Positions 39,159 through 48,936 of a DNA stretch of 64,000 nt are shown piece by piece. The position numbers were made by a program, and so were the translations under genes. Source of the DNA: Longimicrobiales bacterium (lineage in GTDB: Bacteria; Gemmatimonadota; Gemmatimonadetes; Longimicrobiales; Gaopeijiaceae). Position 1 is the first letter of the stretch; every line of letters begins with the position of its first letter. Location: positions 544,001 to 608,000 of the forward strand of contig OZ250165.1 in NCBI GenBank assembly GCA_965238005.1, read 5' to 3'. The notes beneath the pieces were generated by a model. The model was not told the origin of the DNA, did no database searches, and saw nothing but the letters and a program-made list of their open reading frames with translations.

Positions 39159-40826
39159 ATGGCCCGTGCCGGACCCATTCTCAACATGGGGCTCAGCGCA
39201 GTCCTGGTCGTGGCAAGCTCTGCGAGCGCACAGGTGACACCGACCAGCCTGGCGGGCCGATCCACGGTCTACGCCCCGACAGAGGCCGTGGCCACCAGTC
39301 AGCGACTCGCCAGCAGCGCCGGGCTGGAGATGCTCCAGAAGGGTGGGAACGCCGTCGACGCGGCAGTGGCGGCCGCGGCCGTCCTCAACGTGACCGAGCC
39401 CCATATGACCGGGATCGGCGGGGACATGTTCGCCATCCTGTGGTCGGCCAGAGATCAGGAGCTCGTGGGCCTGGACGCCAGCGGAAGGTCCGGCTCGCTG
39501 CTGACCCACGAGGCTCTCCGTGCCCGAGGGTACGAAGAGATGCCCGTTGACGGGCCGGAGGCGGTGACCGTTCCGGGGGCCTTATCGGGGTGGGTCGCGC
39601 TCCTGGAGCGCTACGGCACCAAGTCCCTGGCCGAGGTGCTGGCGCCGGCGATTCGGATCGCCGAGGAGGGCTACCCGGTAACCCCCATCATCGCCGGCCA
39701 GTGGCGTGGCCAGGAGGACAAGCTCGCCCGGGACGAGGGAGCCAAGGCCACCTTCCTGTATGACGGCGAGCGAGGACCGCAAGCCGGTGAGTGGTTCCGC
39801 AATCCCGGCCTCGCGAACAGCTTCCGCATGCTCGCCGAGCAGGGCCCGGGCGTCTTCTACGGAGGAGAGTTGGGGCGCACCGTCGTCGATGGCCTGGCAG
39901 AGCTCGGTGGTTACCTGACCCTGGACGATCTCCGTGAGCACCAGGCTGTCTGGATCGATCCCATCTCGATCGACTTCCGAGGGTACACGATCTGGGAGCT
40001 TCCCCCAGCGGGTCAGGGAGTCGCGGTCCTCCAGATGATGAAGATGATGGAGCCCTTGGACCTCGAGGGTATGGGCCACAACTCCGCCGCCTACCTCCAC
40101 CACCTCATCGAGGCCAAGAAGGTCGCCTTCGCGGATCTGCAGCGGTACGTGGCGGACCGGGACTACATGGACGTGTCGGTGGAGCGGCTCCTCGACGAGG
40201 ATTACCTGGCCGCGCGCAGGGCCCTCATCGATCCCAACGAAGCGGTGGAGAGGGCGCAGCCCGGTCCCGCGATCACGGACACCGAGACCATCTACCTGTC
40301 GGCCGGCGACTCCGACGGGAACATGATCTCGTTCATCAACAGCGTCTTCGACTCCTTCGGCTCGGGGATCGTCGTCCCCGGCACCGGCTTCGTCCTCCAG
40401 AACCGGGGTGGCGGCTTCACTCTGGAGGACGGGCACCCCAACCAGGCTGGCCCCGGCAAGCGGCCCTTCCACACGTTGATTCCCGGCTTCGTCACCAAGG
40501 AGGGCGCTCCCTGGATGACCTTCGGCCTCATGGGGGGATCGATGCAGCCCCAGGGTCACACCCAGATGCTGCTCAACATCCTCGTGTTCGGGATGGACCT
40601 TCAGGATGCCATCGACGCCACACGCTTCCGCCATCGGTCGGGATACCAGGTCGCCATCGAGAGCCCGATCGGCGAAGAGGTCCGAGCCGGACTCACGGCG
40701 CTGGGTCACGAGCTCACGGTTGAGGGACCCTCGAGCTTCGGCGGAGCCCAGGCCATCATCAGGCTCGACAAGGGCTGGGCCGCCGGCTCCGACCCGAGAA
40801 AGGACGGGATGGCCGTCGGTCGCTGA
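39159..40826 (+). CDS. ggt: Gamma-glutamyltransferase
   Basis: GGNAVDAAVAAAAVL, TGIGGD, nucleophile region TETIYL, LQNRG, KRPFHTLIP, SDPRKDG. Confidence 0.93.
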   Translation: MARAGPILNMGLSAVLVVASSASAQVTPTSLAGRSTVYAPTEAVATSQRLASSAGLEMLQKGGNAVDAAVAAAAVLNVTEPHMTGIGGDMFAILWSARDQELVGLDASGRSGSLLTHEALRARGYEEMPVDGPEAVTVPGALSGWVALLERYGTKSLAEVLAPAIRIAEEGYPVTPIIAGQWRGQEDKLARDEGAKATFLYDGERGPQAGEWFRNPGLANSFRMLAEQGPGVFYGGELGRTVVDGLAELGGYLTLDDLREHQAVWIDPISIDFRGYTIWELPPAGQGVAVLQMMKMMEPLDLEGMGHNSAAYLHHLIEAKKVAFADLQRYVADRDYMDVSVERLLDEDYLAARRALIDPNEAVERAQPGPAITDTETIYLSAGDSDGNMISFINSVFDSFGSGIVVPGTGFVLQNRGGGFTLEDGHPNQAGPGKRPFHTLIPGFVTKEGAPWMTFGLMGGSMQPQGHTQMLLNILVFGMDLQDAIDATRFRHRSGYQVAIESPIGEEVRAGLTALGHELTVEGPSSFGGAQAIIRLDKGWAAGSDPRKDGMAVGR

Positions 40827-41681
40827 ATGGACGACTCTGATTTCGTTGTTCCGGAGAACCAACTACCGAGGGGGATCGCCGAGAAGATCGACGATCCCCC
40901 TTTGAGCCCCGCTCCGGCCCGTCCAGCGGCCACGGTGGTTCTCATGCGGGACGCGGCCGAGGGCGTCGAAGTCCTGCTCCTGAAGCGTGTCCACAGCGCG
41001 GGCTTCGTGCCGGGGGCGTACGTTTTCCCCGGCGGACGGGTCGACGCGGAGGACGCGGACGCCGTCGTCATGAGCCGGACGGCAAGGCTCACCATGGAAG
41101 GGGCGGCGGAGCGGATGAGACTCCGCGACGCGAGCCCACCGGCCGCCGCCTACTACCTGGCTGCTCTCAGGGAGGCGTTCGAGGAGACCGGCATTCTGGT
41201 AGGCCGTAGTGCCAGCGGCGACCGGTTGCCCACCGCCGCGGCCTCCTCGAGCGTTCGCGAGGTCCGGGACCGCCTCCTGGATGAGGCATGCTCCTTCGCG
41301 CAGGCTCTGGAGGATCTCGATGCGCTCATCGACGACGCGGTCATGGAATACATCGGCCACTGGATCACTCCGATAGCCGAGCCCCGGCGCTACGACGCAC
41401 GTTTCTTCGCTGCGGCGGTGGCGCCCGGGTCGGAGCCCGCCATCCACACCGCCGAGATGCTGGAAGCGATCTGGATCACCCCTGCGGGGGCGCTGGACCG
41501 GACCAGAGAGGGCTTGCTTCCCATGGTGTTCCCCACCATCAAGACGCTGGAGTCGCTGACGGATTTCGGCACCACCTCCGAGGTCCTGGAAGAGTTCCGC
41601 GGGCGCTCCATACCGAGCGTACTGCCGCGTCTGATCCGTACCCGTGACGGAATTGGTCTGAGGATCCCGGGGACCATCTAG
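40827..41681 (+). CDS. NUDIX hydrolase (NUDT19-like)
   Basis: RPAATVVL, VFPGGRVD, REAFEETG, HWITP...RRYDARFF. Confidence 0.85.
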   Translation: MDDSDFVVPENQLPRGIAEKIDDPPLSPAPARPAATVVLMRDAAEGVEVLLLKRVHSAGFVPGAYVFPGGRVDAEDADAVVMSRTARLTMEGAAERMRLRDASPPAAAYYLAALREAFEETGILVGRSASGDRLPTAAASSSVREVRDRLLDEACSFAQALEDLDALIDDAVMEYIGHWITPIAEPRRYDARFFAAAVAPGSEPAIHTAEMLEAIWITPAGALDRTREGLLPMVFPTIKTLESLTDFGTTSEVLEEFRGRSIPSVLPRLIRTRDGIGLRIPGTI

Positions 41682-41744
41682 TGTTCCGTTGCACGGATGC
41701 ACCTGCCCTCGACTGGCCGGGACACTTTGGCAGCGGGACACTGG
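41678..41744. mobile_element. MITE family 1, short internally deleted copy supplying the NUDIX stop codon
   Basis: CTAGTGTTCCGTTGC...GCAGCGGGACACTGG terminal inverted repeats. Confidence 0.75.
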
Positions 41745-41777
41745 GACCCGAGCGACAAGTCGTGGACTCCACCGACG

Positions 41778-43284
41778 CTACATGCGCCTGTAGGCCGGAC
41801 CACTCCCCCCCCTCACGAGCGGTCCATCGGGGACCAAGCACGTCGGTGGCCTTGCAGTCGACGCAGTTGGGGGCGTTGACCCGAAGCTCGTCGCCGTCCC
41901 GCTCGTAGACGCCCGCAGGGCACATGTGCACGTACATCTCGGCTGCTTCTGGGCTCACCTCGCGACCGACGATCAGATGGCTCGGGATGTCGTCGCGGGT
42001 CTGGTTCCCCGCCTTGTAGACCGCGTCGACCTTGCTGAAGGTGAGCTTCCCGTCCGGCTGTACTCCCGGACCCCCGTTGCCGAGGACGCGAGCCTCGCCG
42101 ACGTTTTCGGAGACCGTGATCTTGCCACCCAGGAGCGCACCGCCGGAGACGGTCATGAGGCCGGCTCGCACCGAGCCACCGAAGAAGCCCTTCTTGAAGG
42201 CGAGGCGGATGTTCCGTGTCCTCCGGAGATCCTTCATGATGTAGCTGGCGTCGATGGAGTCGGTGTAGGAGTGCAGCCCGTTCTCCGACACGTCCCCCTC
42301 TCTGAGCGCCTTGAAGATGGCCCGGGCGGCGAGCATGCCCGAGTCCATGGCGTAGTGGATCCCCTTCAGTGACGGGACATCGACGTACCCTGCGGAGTCG
42401 CCGACGATACAGACGCCCGCACCGTGTCGCTGGGACGGCACCGCATAGCATCCGCCTTCGGGAATGGTCTTCGCCCCCCACTCCACCATCTCCCCACCCT
42501 CCAGGTAGGGCTTGAAGAGCGGGTGCAGCTTCATACGCTGAAAGACCTCGTGGACATCGAAGCGCGCATCCCGGTAGTCGAGACCGACCACTAACCCCAG
42601 CGAGACCATCAGGGGCCCCCTTGTGCCCTCCGCGAGAACGGTGACCCGCGCGGTCAGGTCCATGGGAGGCATGTAATCGCTACCCCCGGGCTGTCCGTCC
42701 CGATCTAGTCCCGAGGCCGTCGTGCGCACACCGATGACCTGGTCGCCCTCCACGAGCAGTCCGCCCACGGCGAAGCCGGCAAAGACGTTCACCCCCAACC
42801 CTTCGGCCTTCTCGCCGAGCCAGCGGACGATCTCACAGATCGACGCCACCTGGTTCCCGTAGTTCTTCATCGTGGGGGGTGTGGGTATCCGCACGGACCT
42901 GCTCTCCGTGAGGAAATAGACCGACTCCTTGGTGACCGGTCCCCTCAGGGGGAGCTCGCTCATGTCGAGCTCGGGAAAGAGCTCCCGAAAGGCACGCGGG
43001 TTCACCACCGCTCCCGAAAGGGAATGCTCTCCCAGCCGGCCGGCCTTCTCCAGCACTCCGATCTCGACATCGCCGATCCCCCCGCCTTCGTTCTTGTCCC
43101 TCTCCACGAGACGGGCCAGCTCGATGGCCCCGGCGAGCCCCGCGGGCCCCCCATCGACGAATATGACGTCCATGGGGACAGCCTCGGAGTCGGGCGCTTC
43201 CCGTAGGATCAGCTGATCCACGGGTAGAGGAGGTTGGTACTTCGCCGGCCGCACCGGCCCCGTGAGCTGGCTCCGATCGGACAT
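41778..43284 (-). pseudogene. ETF:quinone oxidoreductase, degenerate
   Basis: LEKAG...HSLSGAV, AKTIPEGG, KGIHYAM and CPAGVYE...NCVDCK motifs. The first Gly of GxGxxG is Asp (VDGGPAG), there is an apparent in-frame deletion at about 42610, and a G8 run at 41805-41812 frameshifts the natural end EGGSGPAYRRM*. Confidence 0.75.
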
Positions 43285-43429
43285 GCTGGCTCCTTCCATC
43301 GGTCTGACCGCCCGGGTTCGGACGGCCATCGTCATCTCGGGATCCGTTGAATCGACCCCGGTGTATCCAACCGCTCACGTCGGAGCACCAACCCGCCATC
43401 GCAGTGGCACCGGCAGTACGATTCAGGCG

Positions 43430-43597
43430 TTAGTGTTCCGTTGCCGAAGTTCGCGAGTCACCAAGAGGGTCGGGGCGCCGTGGGATCAAGGCGGGACGAC
43501 GCGGCGTAGCACAAGCTACGGTAAGGAGTCCCAACGCCGAGCCCACGGATGCACTGTGCCCTCGACTGGCCGAGACACTTCGGCAACGGGACACTAT
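43430..43597. mobile_element. MITE family 1, full-length copy (168 bp)
   Basis: 20-nt terminal inverted repeats TAGTGTTCCGTTGCCGAAGT / ACTTCGGCAACGGGACACTA; central CGTAGC-ACAA-GCTACG hairpin; no coding capacity. Confidence 0.8.
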
Positions 43598-43676
43598 GTT
43601 AGCGATTCCGACTCGACGCCGCATCGGACGTACGGGTCCTCCGTCTCACAACGCCACCCACGGACGAGAACCTGGC

Positions 43677-45146
43677 ATGACATCGAGCCGACCCCGCACC
43701 GTCGGAGAGCTGAAAGCGGCGGGCTACGAGCCCCGGAGCGTGAAGGACGAGCTACGACGCAACCTGATCGCGAAGCTCAAGGCCAGAGAGCCGCTCTTCC
43801 CGGGCATCGTCGGCTTCGACGACAGTGTGATCCCCCAGATCGTGAACGCGATCCTGGCCCGGCACGACTTCATCCTCCTCGGTCTCCGTGGCCAGGCGAA
43901 GAGCCGCATCCTCAGGCAGCTCGTTGACCTCCTGGATCCCGACATGCCGATCCTGGAGGGCAGCGAGATCAACGACGATCCGCTCCGGCCCATCTCCAAG
44001 CACGCGCGCATCCTGCTCGAGACCGAGGGGGACGGCGCTCCGGTGGCGTGGGTCACCCGTGACTACCGTTTCGTGGAGAAGCTCGCCACCCCCGACGTGA
44101 CTATCGCAGACATCGTAGGAGACGTGGATCCCATCAAGGCCGCGCGCGGCGGTCACATCCTGGCCGACGAGCTGACCATCCACTATGGGCTCCTCCCCAG
44201 AGCCAATCGGGGAATCTTCGCGCTCAACGAGCTACCGGATCTGGCAGGAAAGATCCAGGTGGGGCTCTTCAACATCCTCCAGGAGGGTGACGTGCAGGTG
44301 AAGGGCTATCCCGTTCGCCTGCCCCTGGACGTCTTCCTGGTGTTCACCGCCAACCCGGAGGACTACACGGCCCGGGGAAAGATCATCACGCCCCTGAAGG
44401 ACCGCATCGGTGCCGAGATCCAGACCCACTATCCCCTCGAAGTGTCGGTGGGCATGGACATCACGAATCAGGAAGCCTGGCTGGATCGGAGCTGCGTCGA
44501 GATCGAGGTTCCAGACTTCGTCGCCGAGGTCGTGGAGCGGATCGCCTTCCTCGGGCGGAAGGACAAGCGCATCGACCAGCGCTCCGGCGTGAGCCAGCGC
44601 ATGCCCATCGCCGTGCTGGAGAGCGTTGTCTCCTCAGCCGAGCAGAGGGCGCTCACGCTGAAGGAGGAGAGGGCCGTGCCACGTCTCGGCGACATCTACG
44701 GATCCCTCCCGGCTATCACCGGAAAGCTGGAGCTCGAGTACGAGGGTGAGCTGCACGGCTCGGACCGCATCGCCCGAGAGCTCATCAGCGCGGCGGCCAA
44801 CGAGGTCTTCCAGGCCAGGGCCGGCGGGGCGGACGTCGAGGAGATCGTCGAGTACTTCGAGATGGGAGGCGCGCTACAAGTGGGCGCCGACAGCTCGGCG
44901 GAGGCATGTGTTGAGGGATTCGAGCTGGTGCCCAGCCTCCTCCAGCTCGTGGAGCACGTCGGACTGGCGCCGAAGTCCTGCTCCGACGGATGCCGGGCCG
45001 GGGCCTGTGAGCTCGTCCTCGAGGCTCTGGTGGCAGAGAGGCGGATCAGCCGCTCCATGAGCGGCGGCTACGTGCGGGCTCGCCACGAACCTTCTCCCGG
45101 AAAGGGCTATAAGGGCTTCGATCCCTTTGGGGGCATCAGCGCGTAG
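43677..45146 (+). CDS. Magnesium-chelatase-subunit-I-like AAA+ ATPase
   Basis: LGLRGQAKS, EKLATPD, NELPDL, FTANPEDYTARGKIITPLKDR. Confidence 0.85.
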   Translation: MTSSRPRTVGELKAAGYEPRSVKDELRRNLIAKLKAREPLFPGIVGFDDSVIPQIVNAILARHDFILLGLRGQAKSRILRQLVDLLDPDMPILEGSEINDDPLRPISKHARILLETEGDGAPVAWVTRDYRFVEKLATPDVTIADIVGDVDPIKAARGGHILADELTIHYGLLPRANRGIFALNELPDLAGKIQVGLFNILQEGDVQVKGYPVRLPLDVFLVFTANPEDYTARGKIITPLKDRIGAEIQTHYPLEVSVGMDITNQEAWLDRSCVEIEVPDFVAEVVERIAFLGRKDKRIDQRSGVSQRMPIAVLESVVSSAEQRALTLKEERAVPRLGDIYGSLPAITGKLELEYEGELHGSDRIARELISAAANEVFQARAGGADVEEIVEYFEMGGALQVGADSSAEACVEGFELVPSLLQLVEHVGLAPKSCSDGCRAGACELVLEALVAERRISRSMSGGYVRARHEPSPGKGYKGFDPFGGISA

Positions 45147-46278
45147 CGCTGGACTCCGCGCACAGCCCGGCCAACTCCCCAAGGGCCAGCCCGAGGACTT
45201 TCCTCTGCGCCACCGATATCGGCAGCGTCGCTAAATGATGGGGCTTGGCCCAGCGCCACGGGCGATCGGCGGCCACGGTCTCACCACCCGGACTCTCATG
45301 GACGTCACCCGCCGGGCCTCCGGATGTGTCGCACACTAGCACGGGTCGGTACACGGCTTTCAGATGGCTGAAGACATGTCTCACGTGTTGGAGAGGCCTC
45401 CACTGCGGCCCCGGCGGCGGCAGCTCGACACTCCAGGTGTCCGCCACCGTTCGGCAGGCCTCCTCCAGGTCGTCGGGGATCTCGAGCTCCACCGATGGGA
45501 ATTCCCAGAGCCCACCCAGGAGTCCGTCCGACGGCCGCCTCGTCAGAAGAAGCTCCGCTGCACCGCTCGCGGCCACCAGCACCGCGAACGACGCTTCTCG
45601 AACGCGGGGCCGCTGCTTCGCCAGGGGTCTCACCTCCTGCGTCCCCAATGCCCGGGCCCGGCAGTGCTCCGCGATGGGGCACTCCTGACACAGTGGCGAC
45701 CTGGGAAGACAGATAGTGGCGCCCAGCTCCATTATCGCCTGATTCCAGTTGCCCGGTCGGCGCCCGTCGAGGATCTCCTCAGCCCTCTCTCGAAGCTCGG
45801 CGGGCGAGGGCTTGGCCAGATCGAAGAGGCGGGAGATCACACGCCGGGCGTTGCCGTCCACCGCCGGCCTCGCCTCGCCGTAGGCGATGCTGGCGATGGC
45901 GCCGGCGCTGTACTCACCGATGCCCGGAAGCTCCCGCAAGCCACAGGCGTTGTCCGGAAGCACACCGTTCAGGTGCTCCCTCACGATGAGCGCAGAGCGA
46001 TGAAGGTTACGAGCTCGGGAGTAGTATCCCAGGCCTTCCCAGGCCTTCAGCACAGCCTCCTCATCCGCGTCCGCCAGCTTCGTCACGGACGGGAAGAGGT
46101 CCATCCAGCGCAGGTAGTACGGAGCGGCGGTCTCCACGCGCGTCTGCTGCAGCATGATCTCCGAGACCCACACCCGATACGGATCCCGGCTCTTCCTCCA
46201 CGGCAGCTCCCGCCGATGAGCGTCGAAGTGCTCCAGCAGCTGACGGCGCATGGATGCGAGGTCGGGCATCGTGCTCAT
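45136..46278 (-). CDS. mutY: A/G-specific adenine glycosylase
   Basis: VWVSEIMLQQTRV, WEGLGYYSRARNL, LPGIGEYSA, VDGN, CLPRSPLCQECPIAEHC, GLWEFP. Confidence 0.95.
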   Translation of the reverse strand: MSTMPDLASMRRQLLEHFDAHRRELPWRKSRDPYRVWVSEIMLQQTRVETAAPYYLRWMDLFPSVTKLADADEEAVLKAWEGLGYYSRARNLHRSALIVREHLNGVLPDNACGLRELPGIGEYSAGAIASIAYGEARPAVDGNARRVISRLFDLAKPSPAELRERAEEILDGRRPGNWNQAIMELGATICLPRSPLCQECPIAEHCRARALGTQEVRPLAKQRPRVREASFAVLVAASGAAELLLTRRPSDGLLGGLWEFPSVELEIPDDLEEACRTVADTWSVELPPPGPQWRPLQHVRHVFSHLKAVYRPVLVCDTSGGPAGDVHESPGGETVAADRPWRWAKPHHLATLPISVAQRKVLGLALGELAGLCAESSATR

Positions 46279-46424
46279 GGCGGGTAACGTAAGCAGGCTC
46301 CCATGAGCCAGCCACGGTGGTGAGCCGAACCCCGCGGCGTATTGGGCAGGTCGTGGCCGGCCCAGTGAGGCCCATTGGCCACCCGATCATCCCTACACTA
46401 CTCTTCATGGAGGGTAGGAGGTCT

Positions 46425-46640
46425 CTGGAAGGCTGTTGAAGAGGTACAGTGGGTCGCGCACAGGGTGCTTGCGCGCGTTCAGACAAGGAACGACGACGAG
46501 TCGTAGCCGAGCTACGGCGAGGAGGAGAGACGTAGGATCAACCGCGCAACCACCCTGTGCCCAACAGAATAGTTGATATGAAACACGTGTTCGTGGGTTG
46601 CGGTGGCACGGCCCGCTGTACCTCTTCAACAGCCTTCTAG
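46425..46640. mobile_element. MITE-like element, family 2 (216 bp)
   Basis: About 32-nt terminal inverted repeats CT(G/A)GAAGGCTGTTGAAGAGGTACAG(T/C)GGG; nested inner inverted repeat GCACAGGGTG..TTGCGCG. Confidence 0.8.
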
Positions 46641-46652
46641 CCGTCGGTGACT

Positions 46653-47945
46653 ATGCGTTTCACGACCTACACCAAGTATCGGGGCCGCTGGCTCGACGCC
46701 CTGAACCTCGAGAACCTCATGGAGTTCCTGTCGGACTTCTTGATGAGCGGGGGGTTCGCGGGTGGACCCAACTACCATCCCTATTGGGGATGGTCCGGGC
46801 TCGAGGACACCGATTCCATGGAGTCGCTCAAGAACGCGCTTCTGAAGGCGCTCATGGAGAGTGGCCAGCTCACGCCCGAGATGATCAACGAGCTCCGGGG
46901 TGATGGCGCGGGCGACGAGGCCGTTCAGCAGCAGATCGCGGATCTTCTCGACGACCTCATCCAGCGCATGGTGGACGAGGGATACATTACGCTGGAGAAC
47001 GGGGCCCCGACCATGCCGGGAACGGTGCAGGACGTCACCGGAATGGGGGAGGTCGACGAGGCGCGGGAGGCGGCCCAGCACGTGCAGTTCAACCTCACGC
47101 AAAAGGGGATGGACTTCCTGGGATACCGAGCGCTAAGGAATCTCCTCTCGGCGCTGGGTCAGTCCAGTCTCGGTTCTCACGAGACGCCTCACCTCGCCAC
47201 GGGCGTGGAGGCGGACGCTGCGAGCAAGCCCTACGAGTTCGGCGACACCCTCAACCTCGACGTGCCGGCCACACTGAAGAACGCCATCGAGCGGGAGGGA
47301 ATCAGGGTGCCGCTCGAGCTGGATTACAAGGACCTCATGGTGCACCAGGCCGAGTATCGGTCGTCGTGCGCCACGGTGCTCATGCTGGATATTTCCCACT
47401 CAATGATCCTCTACGGCGAGGATCGCTTCACGCCGGCCAAGCGGGTGGCGCTGGCCCTCTCACACCTCATTCGTACGCAGTTCCCGGGTGACTCCTTGAG
47501 CGTGGTCACCTTCGGAGACGTGGCTGAGGAGATTCCCCTGAGCCAGCTGGCCAAGGCCCAGGTGGGCCCATTCCACACCAATACGGCAGGAGGGCTGCTG
47601 CTGGCTCGGAACATCTTGAAGGCGCAGAAGAAGGACATGCGCCAGATCATCATGATCACCGACGGGAAGCCCAGCGCCATCACAATGCCCGACGGGCAAA
47701 TCTACAAGAACTCCGGCGGAATGGACCAGAATATCCTGCGGGAGACGTTCCGCGAGGTCTCGGCGTGCCGCCGGGCCGGGATCCTGATCAACACGTTCAT
47801 GCTGGCCCAGGACCCGTACCTCGTGCAGTTCATCCAGAAGGTGTCCGAGATCGCCCGGGGGAAGGCATACTTCACTTCGACCCAGACCCTCGGGCAGTAC
47901 ATCATGATGGACTTCATGCGGCGGAAGCGGCGGAATATCGCCTAG
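46653..47945 (+). CDS. von Willebrand factor A domain protein (partner of the chelatase-like ATPase)
   Basis: KPYEFGDTLNLD, MIDAS motif DISHSM, HTNT, ITDGKP. Confidence 0.85.
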   Translation: MRFTTYTKYRGRWLDALNLENLMEFLSDFLMSGGFAGGPNYHPYWGWSGLEDTDSMESLKNALLKALMESGQLTPEMINELRGDGAGDEAVQQQIADLLDDLIQRMVDEGYITLENGAPTMPGTVQDVTGMGEVDEAREAAQHVQFNLTQKGMDFLGYRALRNLLSALGQSSLGSHETPHLATGVEADAASKPYEFGDTLNLDVPATLKNAIEREGIRVPLELDYKDLMVHQAEYRSSCATVLMLDISHSMILYGEDRFTPAKRVALALSHLIRTQFPGDSLSVVTFGDVAEEIPLSQLAKAQVGPFHTNTAGGLLLARNILKAQKKDMRQIIMITDGKPSAITMPDGQIYKNSGGMDQNILRETFREVSACRRAGILINTFMLAQDPYLVQFIQKVSEIARGKAYFTSTQTLGQYIMMDFMRRKRRNIA

Positions 47946-48015
47946 TGTTCCGTTGCCGAAGTTCGCGAGCCACCAAGAGGGTCGGAGCGCCGTGGGATCA
48001 AGGCGGGACGACGCG
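47942..48015 (+). mobile_element. MITE family 1, left-half fragment supplying the VWA stop codon
   Basis: Near-identical to the first ~75 bp of the copy at 43430. Confidence 0.8.
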
Positions 48016-48032
48016 GGTCTAGGAGCTGGCCC

Positions 48033-48911
48033 GTGTCCAAGTTGGTCGGACTCCCTTACCACCAGGTCGACGCCTTCACGGACACGCCCTATCAAGGAAA
48101 CCCCGCCGCCGTCTGCCTCGTCGAACGGCCTTTGAGCCCTCACGCCATGCAGGCGGTGGCCTCGGAGATGAACCTCTCCGAGACCGCCTTCGTCGAGGCT
48201 CCCGATGACTCCGGCGTACGTCGACTCCGCTGGTTCACTCCGACGACGGAGGTTCCCCTCTGCGGCCACGCCACCCTTGCCAGCGGACACGTCCTCCAGT
48301 CGTTGGGCCACACCCCTCCCTACCGCTTCAGCTCCGCAAGTGGTCCTGTGATCGTCCACGTCGACCCGGACAGGGCCCTACGCCTCGACTTTCCGTCGGA
48401 CGAGTGCACGGTGGTCGAGCCCCGCGACGACGTGCTGGCGGCGCTTGGACTCACGGAGGCGGTGACGTGTCTGTCGGGCTCCCTCAACTACATCGTCCGG
48501 GTCGCGAGCCGGGACGTCGTCGTCGGGCTAGCACCGAACTTCTCGGCGCTGGGCGGAATCGACCTGGGTGAGGATGTGATCGTGTTGTCCGTCACGGCCC
48601 CGGGCGAGGCGGCCGGTGGCGCCGGAGAAGCAGGTGCTAGAGCGGCTGCGGTCACCGACGAGGTAGATGTGGCATCACGCGTCTTCGCACCGTGGGCCGG
48701 TGTCGATGAGGATCCCGTGACCGGGGTAGCCCACACGGCGCTGGGACCCTACTGGTCCGCAGTGCTCGGAAGAGCCGAGTTCACGGCCCGACAGGGCGGC
48801 CGCCGCCGTGGACGGCTGCGAGTGCGGGTTGCGGGTGAGCGGGTCCATCTCATCGGACACGCCGTGACGGTGGCGGAGGGCACCCTGGTGCTGCCGCCCG
48901 GAGAGGCCTGA
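48033..48911 (+). CDS. PhzF-family isomerase/epimerase
   Basis: VDAFT..GNPAAV, EMNLSETAF, EVPLCGHATL, EDPVTG. Confidence 0.9.
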   Translation: MSKLVGLPYHQVDAFTDTPYQGNPAAVCLVERPLSPHAMQAVASEMNLSETAFVEAPDDSGVRRLRWFTPTTEVPLCGHATLASGHVLQSLGHTPPYRFSSASGPVIVHVDPDRALRLDFPSDECTVVEPRDDVLAALGLTEAVTCLSGSLNYIVRVASRDVVVGLAPNFSALGGIDLGEDVIVLSVTAPGEAAGGAGEAGARAAAVTDEVDVASRVFAPWAGVDEDPVTGVAHTALGPYWSAVLGRAEFTARQGGRRRGRLRVRVAGERVHLIGHAVTVAEGTLVLPPGEA

Positions 48912-48936
48912 CCGGCGGCCGGCCGAGCCGAGCCGG

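Noticed and set aside
29465..48015. CRISPR array
   Set aside because: The repeats are dispersed and have terminal inverted repeats; they are not regularly spaced direct repeats, and no cas genes are present
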